From positions 9,858,001 to 9,922,000 of the forward strand of contig OZ193909.1 in the NCBI GenBank assembly GCA_964276515.1: 64,000 bases of DNA, written 5' to 3'. Made by a program: the position numbers and the translations under genes. Under the pieces are notes generated by a model. It had not been told where the DNA came from. It saw nothing but the letters and a program-made list of their open reading frames with translations, and searched no databases. Origin of the DNA: Gordius albopunctatus. Lineage: Eukaryota. The first letter of the stretch is position 1. Each line of letters opens with the position of its first letter. This document shows positions 12,401 through 26,800 of the stretch, one piece after another.

Positions 12401-15400
12401 AATCCGTATGATAATTTTTGCACGGGGTGAGGTTTTAGATTGAGAGAAACTAAACTTTTCGTGTTGCGTTTAGATTGTTTCAAAATCGCTTTCTAAGCGT
12501 GTCTCTAGTTTTTGAGAAACAAACTCTATTTGATCGTGATTTAAAGTTAATAATTTTTGAGGACTGATCAAAAAATTTTTCACTAATTGACCTCTGATAT
12601 CAAAAACTTTCATGACGGCTATATTGTTGAACAAAAAAATTGAAAAATTTTTGAAGTCTAAAAAAATATTTATTTTCATATTCTATCAAAAGGGGGCTGA
12701 AAGAATTTTTAAAAGTTAGTAAATATTCTTAGCATCATGTCCTTGTTAGAATCCGTATGATAATTTTTGCACGGGGTGAGGTTTTAGATTGAGAGAAACT
12801 AAACTTTTCGTGATGCGTTTAGATTGTTTCAAAATCGCTTTCTAAGCGTGTCTCTAGTTTTTGAGAAACAAACTCTATTTGATCGTGATTTAAAGTTAAT
12901 AATTTTTGAGGACGATCAAAAAATTTTCACTAATTGACCTCTGATATCAAATCTTTCATGACGGCTATATTGTTGAACAAAAAAATTGAAAAAATTTTGA
13001 TGTCGAAAAAAATATTTATTTTCCTATTCTTTCGAAAGGGGGATGAAAAAATCTTTAAAATTTAGAAACTAAACTTTTCGTGTTGCGTTTAGATTGTTTC
13101 AAAATCGCTTTCTAAGCGTGTCTCTAGTTTTTGAGAAACAAACTCTATTTGATCGTGATTTAAAGTTAATAATTTTTGAGGACGATCAAAAATTTTTCAC
13201 TAATTGACCTCTGATATCAAAAACTTTCATGACGGCTATATTGTTGAACAAAAAAATTTCAAAAAATTTTGATGTCGAAAAAAATATTTATTTTCCTATT
13301 CTTTCGAAAGGGGGATGAAAAAATCTTTAAAATTTAGAAACTAAACTTTTCGGGTTGCGTTTAGATTGTTTCAAAATCGCTTTCTAAGCGTGTCTCTAGT
13401 TTTTGTGAAACAAACTCTATTTGATCGTGATTTAAAGTTAATAATTTTTGAGGACGATCAAAAATTTTTCACTAATTGACCTCTGATATCAAATCTTTCA
13501 TGACGGCTATATTGTTGAACAAAAAAATTGAAAAATTTTTGAAGTCGAAAAAAATATTTATTTTCATATTCTATCAAAAGGGGGCTGAAAGAATCTTTAA
13601 AAGTTAGTAAATATTCTTAGCATCATGTCCTTGTTAGAATCCGTATGATAATTTTTGAACGGAGTGAGGTTTTAGATTGAGAGAAACTAAACTTTTCGTG
13701 TTGCGTTTAGATTGTTTCAAAATAGCTTTCTAAGCGTGTCTCTAGTTTTTGAGAAACAAACTCTATTTGATCGTGATTTAAAGTTAATAATTTTTGAGGA
13801 CGATCAAAAATTTTTCACTAATTGACCTCTGATATCAAATCTTTCATGACGGCTATATTGTTGAACAAAAAAATTTCAAAAAATTTTGATGTCGAAAAAA
13901 ATATTTATTTTCCTATTCTTTCGAAAGGGGGATGAAAAAATCTTTAAAATTTAGAAACTAAACTTTTCGTGTTGCGTTTAGATTGTTTCAAAATCGCTTT
14001 CTAAGCGTGTCTCTAGTTTTTGAGAAACAAACTCTATTTGATCGTGATTTAAAGTTAATAATTTTTGAGGACGATCAAAAATTTTTCACTAATTGACCTC
14101 TGATATCAAATCTTTCATGACGGCTATATTGTTGAACAAAAAAATTTCAAAAAATTTTGATGTCGAAAAAAATATTTATTTTCCTATTCTTTCGAAAGGG
14201 GGATGAAAAATTCTTTAAAATTTAGAAACTAAACTTTTCGGGTTGCGTTTAGATTGTTTCAAAATCGCTTTCTAAGCGTGTCTCTAGTTTTTGAGAAACA
14301 AACTCTATTTGATCGTGATTTAAAGTTAATAATTTTTGAGGACGATCAAAAATTTTTCACTAATTGACCTCTGATATCAAAAACTTTCATGACGGCTATA
14401 TTGTTGAACAAAAAAATTGAAAAAATTTTGATGTCGAAAAAAATATTTATTTTCCTATTCTTTCGAAAGGGGGATGAAAAAATCTTTAAAATTTAGAAAC
14501 TAAACTTTTCGTGTTGCGTTTAGATTGTTTCAAAATCGCTTTCTAAGCGTGTCTCTAGTTTTTGTGAAACAAACTCTATTTGATCGTGATTTAAAGTTAA
14601 TAATTTTTGAGGACGATCAAAAATTTTTCACTAATTGACCTCTGATATCAAAAACTTTCATGACGGCTATATTGTTGAACAAAAAAATTGAAAAAATTTT
14701 GATGTCGAAAAAAATATTTATTTTCCTATTCTTTCGAAAGGGGGATGAAAAAATCTTTAAAATTAAGAAACTAAACTTTTCGGGTTGCGTTTAGATTGTT
14801 TCAAAATCGCTTTCTAAGCGTGTCTCTAGTTTTTGTGAAACAAACTCTATTTGATCGTGATTTAAAGTTAATAATTTTTGAGGACTGATCAAAAATTTTT
14901 CACTAATTGACCTCTGATATCAAAAACTTTCATGACGGCTATATTGTTGAACAAAAAAATTTCAAAAAATTTTGATGTCGAAAAAAATATTTATTTTCCT
15001 ATTCTTTCGAAAGGGGGATGAAAAAATCTTTAAAAGTTAGAAACTAAACTTTTCGGGTTGCGTTTAGATTGTTTCAAAATCGCTTTCTAAGCGTGTCTCT
15101 AGTTTTTGAGAAACAAACTCTATTTGATCGTGATTTAAAGTTAATAATTTTTGAGGACTGATCAAAAAATTTTTCACTAATTGACCTCTGATATCAAAAA
15201 CTTTCATGACGGCTATATTGTTGAACAAAAAAATTTCAAAAAATTTTGATGTCGAAAAAAATATTTATTTTCCTATTCTTTCGAAAGGGGGATGAAAAAA
15301 TCTTTAAAAGTTAGAAACTAAACTTTTCGTGTTGCGTTTAGATTGTTTCAAAATCGCTTTCTAAGCGTGTCTCTAGTTTTTGTGAAACAAACTCTATTTG

Positions 15401-16695
15401 ATCGTGATTTAAAGTTAATAATTTTTGAGGACGATCAAAAATTTTTCACTAATTGACCTCTGATATCAAATCTTTCATGACGGCTATATTGTTGAACAAA
15501 AAAATTGAAAAATTTTTGAAGTCGAAAAAAATATTTATTTTCATATTCTATCAAAAGGGGGATGAAAAAATCTTTAAAATTAAGAAACTAAACTTTTCGG
15601 GTTGCGTTTAGATTGTTTCAAAATCGCTTTCTAAGCGTGTCTCTAGTTTTTGTGAAACAAACTCTATTTGATCGTGATTTAAAGTTAATAATTTTTGAGG
15701 ACTGATCAAAAATTTTTCACTAATTGACCTCTGATATCAAAAACTTTCATGACGGCTATATTGTTGAACAAAAAAATTTCAAAAAATTTTGATGTCGAAA
15801 AAAATATTTATTTTCCTATTCTTTCGAAAGGGGGATGAAAAAATCTTTAAAAGTTAGAAACTAAACTTTTCGGGTTGCGTTTAGATTGTTTCAAAATCGC
15901 TTTCTAAGCGTGTCTCTAGTTTTTGAGAAACAAACTCTATTTGATCGTGATTTAAAGTTAATAATTTTTGAGGACGATCAAAAATTTTTCACTAATTGAC
16001 CTCTGATATCAAAAACTTTCATGACGGCTATATTGTTGAACAAAAAAATTTCAAAAAATTTTGATGTCGAAAAAAATATTTATTTTCCTATTCTTTCGAA
16101 AGGGGGATGAAAAAATCTTTAAAATTTAGAAACTAAACTTTTCGGGTTGCGTTTAGATTGTTTCAAAATCGCTTTCTAAGCGTGTCTCTAGTTTTTGTGA
16201 AACAAACTCTATTTGATCGTGATTTAAAGTTAATAATTTTTGAGGACGATCAAAAATTTTTCACTAATTGACCTCTGATATCAAATCTTTCATGACGGCT
16301 ATATTGTTGAACAAAAAAATTGAAAAATTTTTGAAGTCGAAAAAAATATTTATTTTCATATTCTATCAAAAGGGGGATGAAAAAATCTTTAAAATTAAGA
16401 AACTAAACTTTTCGGGTTGCGTTTAGATTGTTTCAAAATCGCTTTCTAAGCGTGTCTCTAGTTTTTGTGAAACAAACTCTATTTGATCGTGATTTAAAGT
16501 TAATAATTTTTGAGGACTGATCAAAAATTTTTCACTAATTGACCTCTGATATCAAAAACTTTCATGACGGCTATATTGTTGAACAAAAAAATTTCAAAAA
16601 ATTTTGATGTCGAAAAAAATATTTATTTTCCTATTCTTTCGAAAGGGGGATGAAAAAATCTTTAAAATTTAGAAACTAAACTTTTCGGGTTGCGT

Positions 16696-19600
16696 TTAGA
16701 TTGTTTCAAAATCGCTTTCTAAGCGTGTCTCTAGTTTTTGTGAAACAAACTCTATTTGATCGTGATTTAAAGTTAATAATTTTTGAGGACTGATCAAAAA
16801 ATTTTTCACTAATTGACCTCTGATATCAAAAACTTTCATGACGGCTATATTGTTGAACAAAAAAATTGAAAAATTTTTGAAGTCGAAAAAAATATTTATT
16901 TTCATATTCTATCAAAAGGGGGCTGAAAGAATCTTTAAAAGTTAGTAAATATTCTTAGCATCATGTCCTTGTTAGAATCCGTATGATAATTTTTGCACGG
17001 GGTGAGGTTTTAGATTGAGAGAAACTAAACTTTTCGTGTTGCGTTTAGATTGTTTCAAAATCGCTTTCTAACCGTGTCTCTAGTTTTTGAGAAACAAACT
17101 CTATTTGATCGTGATTTAAAGTTAATAATTTTTGAGGACGATCAAAAATTTTTCACTAATTGACCTCTGATATCAAAAACTTTCATGACGGCTATATTGT
17201 TGAACAAAAAAATTTCAAAAAATTTTGATGTCGAAAAAAATATTTATTTTCCTATTCTTTCGAAAGGGGGATGAAAAAATCTTTAAAAGTTAGAAACTAA
17301 ACTTTTCGTGTTGCGTTTAGATTGTTTCAAAATCGCTTTCTACGCGTGTCTCTAGTTTTTGTGAAACAAACTCTATTTGATCGTGATATAAAGTTAATAA
17401 TTTTTGAGGACTGATCAAAAAATTTTTCACTAATTGACCTCTGATATCAAAAACTTTCATGACGGCTATATTGTTGAACAAAAAAATTGAAAAATTTTTG
17501 AAGTCGAAAAAAATATTTATTTTCATATTCTATCAAAAGGGGGCTGAAAGAATCTTTAAAAGTTAGTAAATATTCTTAGCATCATGTCCTTGTTAGAATC
17601 CGTATGATAATTTTTGCACGGGGTGAGGTTTTAGATTGAGAGAAACTAAACTTTTCGTGTTGCGTTTAGATTGTTTCAAAATCGCTTTCTAAGCGTGTCT
17701 CTAGTTTTTGAGAAACAAACTCTATTTGATCGTGATTTAAAGTTAATAATTTTTGAGGACGATCAAAAATTTTTCACTAATTGACCTCTGATATCAAATC
17801 TTTCATGACGGCTATATTGTTGAACAAAAAAATTGAAAAATTTTTGAAGTCGAAAAAAATATTTATTTTCATATTCTATCAAAAGGGGGCTGAAAGAATC
17901 TTTAAAAGTTAGTAAATATTCTTAGCATCATGTCCTTGTTAGAATCCGTATGATAATTTTTGCACGGGGTGAGGTTTTAGATTGAGAGAAACTAAACTTT
18001 TCGTGTTGCGTTTAGATTGTTTCAAAATCGCTTTCTAAGCGTGTCTCTAGTTATTGAGAAACAAACTCTATTTGATCGTGATTTAAAGTTAATAATTTTT
18101 GAGGACTGATCAAAAAATTTTTCACTAATTGACCTCTGATATCAAAAACTTTCATGACGGCTATATTGTTGAACAAAAAAATTTCAAAAAATTTTGATGT
18201 CGAAAAAAATATTTATTTTCCTATTCTTTCGAAAGGGGGATGAAAAAATCTTTAAAAGTTAGAAACTAAACTTTTCGGGTTGCGTTTAGATTGTTTCAAA
18301 ATCGCTTTCTAAGCGTGTCTCTAGTTTTTGTGAAACAAACTCTATTTGATCGTGATTTAAAGTTAATAATTTTTGAGGACGATCAAAAATTTTTCACTAA
18401 TTGACCTCTGATATCAAATCTTTCATGACGGCTATATTGTTGAACAAAAAAATTGAAAAATTTTTGAAGTCGAAAAAAATATTTATTTTCATATTCTATC
18501 AAAAGGGGGCTGAAAGAATCTTTAAAAGTTAGTAAATATTCTTAGCATCATGTCCTTGTTAGAATCCGTATGATAATTTTTGAACGGAGTGAGGTTTTAG
18601 ATTGAGAGAAACTAAACTTTTCGTGTTGCGTTTAGATTGTTTCAAAATAGCTTTCTAAGCGTGTCTCTAGTTTTTGAGAAACAAACTCTATTTGATCGTG
18701 ATTTAAAGTTAATAATTTTTGAGGACGATCAAAAATTTTTCACTAATTGACCTCTGATATCAAATCTTTCATGACGGCTATATTGTTGAACAAAAAAATT
18801 TCAAAAAATTTTGATGTCGAAAAAAATATTTATTTTCCTATTCTTTCGAAAGGGGGATGAAAAATTCTTTAAAATTTAGAAACTAAACTTTTCGTGTTGC
18901 GTTTAGATTGTTTCAAAATCGCTTTCTAAGCGTGTCTCTAGTTTTTGAGAAACAAACTCTATTTGATCGTGATTTAAAGTTAATAATTTTTGAGGACGAT
19001 CAAAAATTTTTCACTAATTGACCTCTGATATCAAAAACTTTCATGACGGCTATATTGTTGAACAAAAAAATTGAAAAAATTTTGATGTCGAAAAAAATAT
19101 TTATTTTCCTATTCTTTCGAAAGGGGGATGAAAAAATCTTTAAAATTTAGAAACTAAACTTTTCGTGTTGCGTTTAGATTGTTTCAAAATCGCTTTCTAA
19201 GCGTGTCTCTAGTTTTTGTGAAACAAACTCTATTTGATCGTGATTTAAAGTTAATAATTTTTGAGGACTGATCAAAAAATTTTTCACTAATTGACCTCTG
19301 ATATCAAAAACTTTCATGACGGCTATATTGTTGAACAAAAAAATTGAAAAAATTTTGATGTCGAAAAAAATATTTATTTTCCTATTCTTTCGAAAGGGGG
19401 ATGAAAAAATCTTTAAAATTAAGAAACTAAACTTTTCGGGTTGCGTTTAGATTGTTTCAAAATCGCTTTCTAAGCGTGTCTCTAGTTTTTGTGAAACAAA
19501 CTCTATTTGATCGTGATTTAAAGTTAATAATTTTTGAGGACTGATCAAAAATTTTTCACTAATTGACCTCTGATATCAAAAACTTTCATGACGGCTATAT

Positions 19601-22600
19601 TGTTGAACAAAAAAATTTCAAAAAATTTTGATGTCGAAAAAAATATTTATTTTCCTATTCTTTCGAAAGGGGGATGAAAAAATCTTTAAAAGTTAGAAAC
19701 TAAACTTTTCGGGTTGCGTTTAGATTGTTTCAAAATCGCTTTCTAAGCGTGTCTCTAGTTTTTGTGAAACAAACTCTATTTGATCGTGATTTAAAGTTAA
19801 TAATTTTTGAGGACTGATCAAAAAATTTTTCACTAATTGACCTCTGATATCAAAAACTTTCATGACGGCTATATTGTTGAACAAAAAAATTGAAAAATTT
19901 TTGAAGTCGAAAAAAATATTTATTTTCATATTCTATCAAAAGGGGGCTGAAAGAATCTTTAAAAGTTAGTAAATATTCTTAGCATCATGTCCTTGTTAGA
20001 ATCCGTATGATAATTTTTGCACGGGGTGAGGTTTTAGATTGAGAGAAACTAAACTTTTCGTGTTGCGTTTAGATTGTTTCAAAATCGCTTTCTAACCGTG
20101 TCTCTAGTTTTTGAGAAACAAACTCTATTTGATCGTGATTTAAAGTTAATAATTTTTGAGGACGATCAAAAATTTTTCACTAATTGACCTCTGATATCAA
20201 AAACTTTCATGACGGCTATATTGTTGAACAAAAAAATTTCAAAAAATTTTGATGTCGAAAAAAATATTTATTTTCCTATTCTTTCGAAAGGGGGATGAAA
20301 AAATCTTTAAAAGTTAGAAACTAAACTTTTCGTGTTGCGTTTAGATTGTTTCAAAATCGCTTTCTACGCGTGTCTCTAGTTTTTGTGAAACAAACTCTAT
20401 TTGATCGTGATATAAAGTTAATAATTTTTGAGGACTGATCAAAAATTTTTTCACTAATTGACCTCTGATATCAAAAACTTTCATGACGGCTATATTGTTG
20501 AACAAAAAAATTGAAAAATTTTTGAAGTCGAAAAAAATATTTATTTTCATATTCTCTCAAAAGGGGGCTGAAAGAATCTTTAAAAGTTAGTAAATATTCT
20601 TAGCATCATGTCCTTGTTAGAATCCGTATGATAATTTTTGCACGGGGTGAGGTTTTAGATTGAGAGAAACTAAACTTTTCGTGTTGCGTTTAGATTGTTT
20701 CAAAATCGCTTTCTAAGCGTGTCTCTAGTTTTTGAGAAACAAACTCTATTTGATCGTGATTTAAAGTTAATAATTTTTGAGGACGATCAAAAATTTTTCA
20801 CTAATTGACCTCTGATATCAAATCTTTCATGACGGCTATATTGTTGAACAAAAAAATTGAAAAATTTTTGAAGTCGAAAAAAATATTTATTTTCATATTC
20901 TATCAAAAGGGGGCTGAAAGAATCTTTAAAAGTTAGTAAATATTCTTAGCATCATGTCCTTGTTAGAATCCGTATGATAATTTTTGCACGGGGTGAGGTT
21001 TTAGATTGAGAGAAACTAAACTTTTCGTGTTGCGTTTAGATTGTTTCAAAATCGCTTTCTAAGCGTGTCTCTAGTTATTGAGAAACAAACTCTATTTGAT
21101 CGTGATTTAAAGTTAATAATTTTTGAGGACTGATCAAAAAATTTTTCACTAATTGACCTCTGATATCAAAAACTTTCATGACGGCTATATTGTTGAACAA
21201 AAAAATTTCAAAAAATTTTGATGTCGAAAAAAATATTTATTTTCCTATTCTTTCGAAAGGGGGATGAAAAAATCTTTAAAAGTTAGAAACTAAACTTTTC
21301 GGGTTGCGTTTAGATTGTTTCAAAATCGCTTTCTAAGCGTGTCTCTAGTTTTTGTGAAACAAACTCTATTTGATCGTGATTTAAAGTTAATAATTTTTGA
21401 GGACGATCAAAAATTTTTCACTAATTGACCTCTGATATCAAATCTTTCATGACGGCTATATTGTTGAACAAAAAAATTGAAAAATTTTTGAAGTCGAAAA
21501 AAATATTTATTTTCATATTCTATCAAAAGGGGGCTGAAAGAATCTTTAAAAGTTAGTAAATATTCTTAGCATCATGTCCTTGTTAGAATCCGTATGATAA
21601 TTTTTGAACGGAGTGAGGTTTTAGATTGAGAGAAACTAAACTTTTCGTGTTGCGTTTAGATTGTTTCAAAATAGCTTTCTAAGCGTGTCTCTAGTTTTTG
21701 AGAAACAAACTCTATTTGATCGTGATTTAAAGTTAATAATTTTTGAGGACGATCAAAAATTTTTCACTAATTGACCTCTGATATCAAATCTTTCATGACG
21801 GCTATATTGTTGAACAAAAAAATTTCAAAAAATTTTGATGTCGAAAAAAATATTTATTTTCCTATTCTTTCGAAAGGGGGATGAAAAATTCTTTAAAATT
21901 TAGAAACTAAACTTTTCGTGTTGCGTTTAGATTGTTTCAAAATCGCTTTCTAAGCGTGTCTCTAGTTTTTGAGAAACAAACTCTATTTGATCGTGATTTA
22001 AAGTTAATAATTTTTGAGGACGATCAAAAATTTTTCACTAATTGACCTCTGATATCAAAAACTTTCATGACGGCTATATTGTTGAACAAAAAAATTGAAA
22101 AAATTTTGATGTCGAAAAAAATATTTATTTTCCTATTCTTTCGAAAGGGGGATGAAAAAATCTTTAAAATTTAGAAACTAAACTTTTCGTGTTGCGTTTA
22201 GATTGTTTCAAAATCGCTTTCTAAGCGTGTCTCTAGTTTTTGTGAAACAAACTCTATTTGATCGTGATTTAAAGTTAATAATTTTTGAGGACTGATCAAA
22301 AAATTTTTCACTAATTGACCTCTGATATCAAAAACTTTCATGACGGCTATATTGTTGAACAAAAAAATTGAAAAAATTTTGATGTCGAAAAAAATATTTA
22401 TTTTCCTATTCTTTCGAAAGGGGGATGAAAAAATCTTTAAAATTAAGAAACTAAACTTTTCGGGTTGCGTTTAGATTGTTTCAAAATCGCTTTCTAAGCG
22501 TGTCTCTAGTTTTTGTGAAACAAACTCTATTTGATCGTGATTTAAAGTTAATAATTTTTGAGGACTGATCAAAAAATTTTTCACTAATTGACCTCTGATA

Positions 22601-23800
22601 TCAAAAACTTTCATGACGGCTATATTGTTGAACAAAAAAATTTCAAAAAATTTTGATGTCGAAAAAAATATTTATTTTCCTATTCTTTCGAAAGGGGGAT
22701 GAAAAAATCTTTAAAAGTTAGAAACTAAACTTTTCGGGTTGCGTTTAGATTGTTTCAAAATCGCTTTCTAAGCGTGTCTCTAGTTTTTGTGAAACAAACT
22801 CTATTTGATCGTGATTTAAAGTTAATAATTTTTGAGGACTGATCAAAAAATTTTTCACTAATTGACCTCTGATATCAAAAACTTTCATGACGGCTATATT
22901 GTTGAACAAAAAAATTGAAAAATTTTTGAAGTCGAAAAAAATATTTATTTTCATATTCTATCAAAAGGGGGCTGAAAGAATCTTTAAAAGTTAGTAAATA
23001 TTCTTAGCATCATGTCCTTGTTAGAATCCGTATGATAATTTTTGCACGGGGTGAGGTTTTAGATTGAGAGAAACTAAACTTTTCGTGTTGCGTTTAGATT
23101 GTTTCAAAATCGCTTTCTAACCGTGTCTCTAGTTTTTGAGAAACAAACTCTATTTGATCGTGATTTAAAGTTAATAATTTTTGAGGACGATCAAAAATTT
23201 TTCACTAATTGACCTCTGATATCAAAAACTTTCATGACGGCTATATTGTTGAACAAAAAAATTTCAAAAAATTTTGATGTCGAAAAAAATATTTATTTTC
23301 CTATTCTTTCGAAAGGGGGATGAAAAAATCTTTAAAAGTTAGAAACTAAACTTTTCGTGTTGCGTTTAGATTGTTTCAAAATCGCTTTCTACGCGTGTCT
23401 CTAGTTTTTGTGAAACAAACTCTATTTGATCGTGATATAAAGTTAATAATTTTTGAGGACTGATCAAAAAATTTTTCACTAATTGACCTCTGATATCAAA
23501 AACTTTCATGACGGCTATATTGTTGAACAAAAAAATTGAAAAATTTTTGAAGTCGAAAAAAATATTTATTTTCATATTCTATCAAAAGGGGGCTGAAAGA
23601 ATCTTTAAAAGTTAGTAAATATTCTTAGCATCATGTCCTTGTTAGAATCCGTATGATAATTTTTGCACGGGGTGAGGTTTTAGATTGAGAGAAACTAAAC
23701 TTTTCGTGTTGCGTTTAGATTGTTTCAAAATCGCTTTCTAAGCGTGTCTCTAGTTTTTGAGAAACAAACTCTATTTGATCGTGATTTAAAGTTAATAATT
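16696..23800 (+). repeat. 10-monomer HOR (4 long + 6 short), period 3024-3025 bp, about 2.3 tandem copies
   Basis: The monomer with rare variants CTACGCG/TATAAAG starts at 17317, 20341 and 23366. The preceding long monomer starts at 16696, 19720 and 22745. Markers TTATTGAG, GAACGGAGTG, AATAGC and TAACCGTG recur in the same order. Confidence 0.9.
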
Positions 23801-26800
23801 TTTGAGGACGATCAAAAATTTTTCACTAATTGACCTCTGATATCAAAAACTTTCATGACGGCTATATTGTTGAACAAAAAAATTGAAAAATTTTTGAAGT
23901 CGAAAAAAATATTTATTTTCATATTCTATCAAAAGGGGGCTGAAAGAATCTTTAAAAGTTAGTAAATATTCTTAGCATCATGTCCTTGTTAGAATCCGTA
24001 TGATAATTTTTGCACGGGGTGAGGTTTTAGATTGAGAGAAACTAAACTTTTCGTGTTGCGTTTAGATTGTTTCAAAATCGCTTTCTAACCGTGTCTCTAG
24101 TTTTTGAGAAACAAACTCTATTTGATCGTGATTTAAAGTTAATAATTTTTGAGGACGATCAAAAATTTTTCACTAATTGACCTCTGATATCAAAAACTTT
24201 CATGACGGCTATATTGTTGAACAAAAAAATTTCAAAAAATTTTGATGTCGAAAAAAATATTTATTTTCATATTCTATCAAAAGGGGGATGAAAAAATCTT
24301 TAAAAGTTAGAAACTAAACTTTTCGTGTTGCGTTTAGATTGTTTCAAAATCGCTTTCTACGCGTGTCTCTAGTTTTTGTGAAACAAACTCTATTTGATCG
24401 TGATATAAAGTTAATAATTTTTGAGGACTGATCAAAAAATTTTTCACTAATTGACCTCTGATATCAAAAACTTTCATGACGGCTATATTGTTGAACAAAA
24501 AAATTGAAAAATTTTTGAAGTCGAAAAAAATATTTATTTTCATATTCTATCAAAAGGGGGCTGAAAGAATCTTTAAAAGTTAGTAAATATTCTTAGCATC
24601 ATGTCCTTGTTAGAATCCGTATGATAATTTTTGCACGGGGTGAGGTTTTAGATTGAGAGAAACTAAACTTTTCGTGTTGCGTTTAGATTGTTTCAAAATC
24701 GCTTTCTAAGCGTGTCTCTAGTTTTTGAGAAACAAACTCTATTTGATCGTGATTTAAAGTTAATAATTTTTGAGGACGATCAAAAATTTTTCACTAATTG
24801 ACCTCTGATATCAAATCTTTCATGACGGCTATATTGTTGAACAAAAAAATTGAAAAATTTTTGAAGTCGAAAAAAATATTTATTTTCATATTCTATCAAA
24901 AGGGGGCTGAAAGAATCTTTAAAAGTTAGTAAATATTCTTAGCATCATGTCCTTGTTAGAATCCGTATGATAATTTTTGCACGGGGTGAGGTTTTAGATT
25001 GAGAGAAACTAAACTTTTCGTGTTGCGTTTAGATTGTTTCAAAATCGCTTTCTAAGCGTGTCTCTAGTTATTGAGAAACAAACTCTATTTGATCGTGATT
25101 TAAAGTTAATAATTTTTGAGGACTGATCAAAAAATTTTTCACTAATTGACCTCTGATATCAAAAACTTTCATGACGGCTATATTGTTGAACAAAAAAATT
25201 GAAAAATTTTTGAAGTCTAAAAAAATATTTATTTTCATATTCTATCAAAAGGGGGCTGAAAGAATTTTTAAAAGTTAGTAAATATTCTTAGCATCATGTC
25301 CTTGTTAGAATCCGTATGATAATTTTTGCACGGGGTGAGGTTTTAGATTGAGAGAAACTAAACTTTTCGTGTTGCGTTTAGATTGTTTCAAAATCGCTTT
25401 CTAAGCGTGTCTCTAGTTTTTGAGAAACAAACTCTATTTGATCGTGATTTAAAGTTAATAATTTTTGAGGACGATCAAAAATTTTTCACTAATTGACCTC
25501 TGATATCAAATCTTTCATGACGGCTATATTGTTGAACAAAAAAATTGAAAAAATTTTGATGTCGAAAAAAATATTTATTTTCCTATTCTTTCGAAAGGGG
25601 GATGAAAAAATCTTTAAAATTTAGAAACTAAACTTTTCGTGTTGCGTTTAGATTGTTTCAAAATCGCTTTCTAAGCGTGTCTCTAGTTTTTGTGAAACAA
25701 ACTCTATTTGATCGTGATTTAAAGTTAATAATTTTTGAGGACTGATCAAAAATTTTTTTCACTAATTGACCTCTGATATCATAAACTTTCATGACGGCTA
25801 TATTGTTGAACAAAAAAATTGAAAAAATTTTGATGTCGAAAAAAATATTTATTTTCATATTCTATCGAAAGTGTGCTGAAAGAATCTTTAAAATTTAGAA
25901 ACTCAACTTTTCGTGTTGCGTTTAGATTGTTTCAAAATAGCTTTCTAAGCGTGTCTCTAGTTTTTGCGAAACAAACTCTATGTGATCGTGATTTAAAGTT
26001 AATAATTTTTGAGGACTGATCAAAAAAATTTTTCTCTAATTGACCTCTGATATCAAAAACTTTCATGACGGCTATATTGTTGAACAAAAAAATTGAAAAA
26101 TTTTTGAAGTCGAAAAAAATATTTATTTTCATATTCTATCAAAAGGGAGCTGAAAGAATCTTTAAAAGTTAGTAAATATTCTTAGCATCATGTCCTTGTT
26201 AGAATCCGTATGATAATTTTTGCACGGGGTGAGGTTTTAGATTGAGAGAAACTAAACTTTTCGTGTTGCGTTTAGATTGTTTCAAAATCGCTTTCTAAGC
26301 GTGTCTCTAGTTTTTGAGAAACAAACTCTATTTGATCGTGATTTAAAGTTAATAATTTTTGAGGACGATCAAAAATTTTTCACTAATTGACCTCTGATAT
26401 CAAATCTTTCATGACGGCTATATTGTTGAACAAAAAAATTGAAAAAATTTTGATGTCGAAAAAAATATTTATTTTCATATTCTATCAAAAGGGGGCTGAA
26501 AGAATCTTTAAAAGTTAGTAAATATTCTTAGCATCATGTCCTTGTTAGAATCCGTATGATAATTTTTGCACGGGGTGAGGTTTTAGATTGAGAGAAACTA
26601 AACTTTTCGTGTTGCGTTTAGATTGTTTCAAAATCGCTTTCTAAGCGTGTCTCTAGTTTTTGAGAAACAAACTCTATTTGATCGTGATTTAAAGTTAATA
26701 ATTTTTGAGGACGATCAAAAATTTTTCACTAATTGACCTCTGATATCAAATCTTTCATGACGGCTATATTGTTGAACAAAAAAATTGAAAAATTTTTGAA

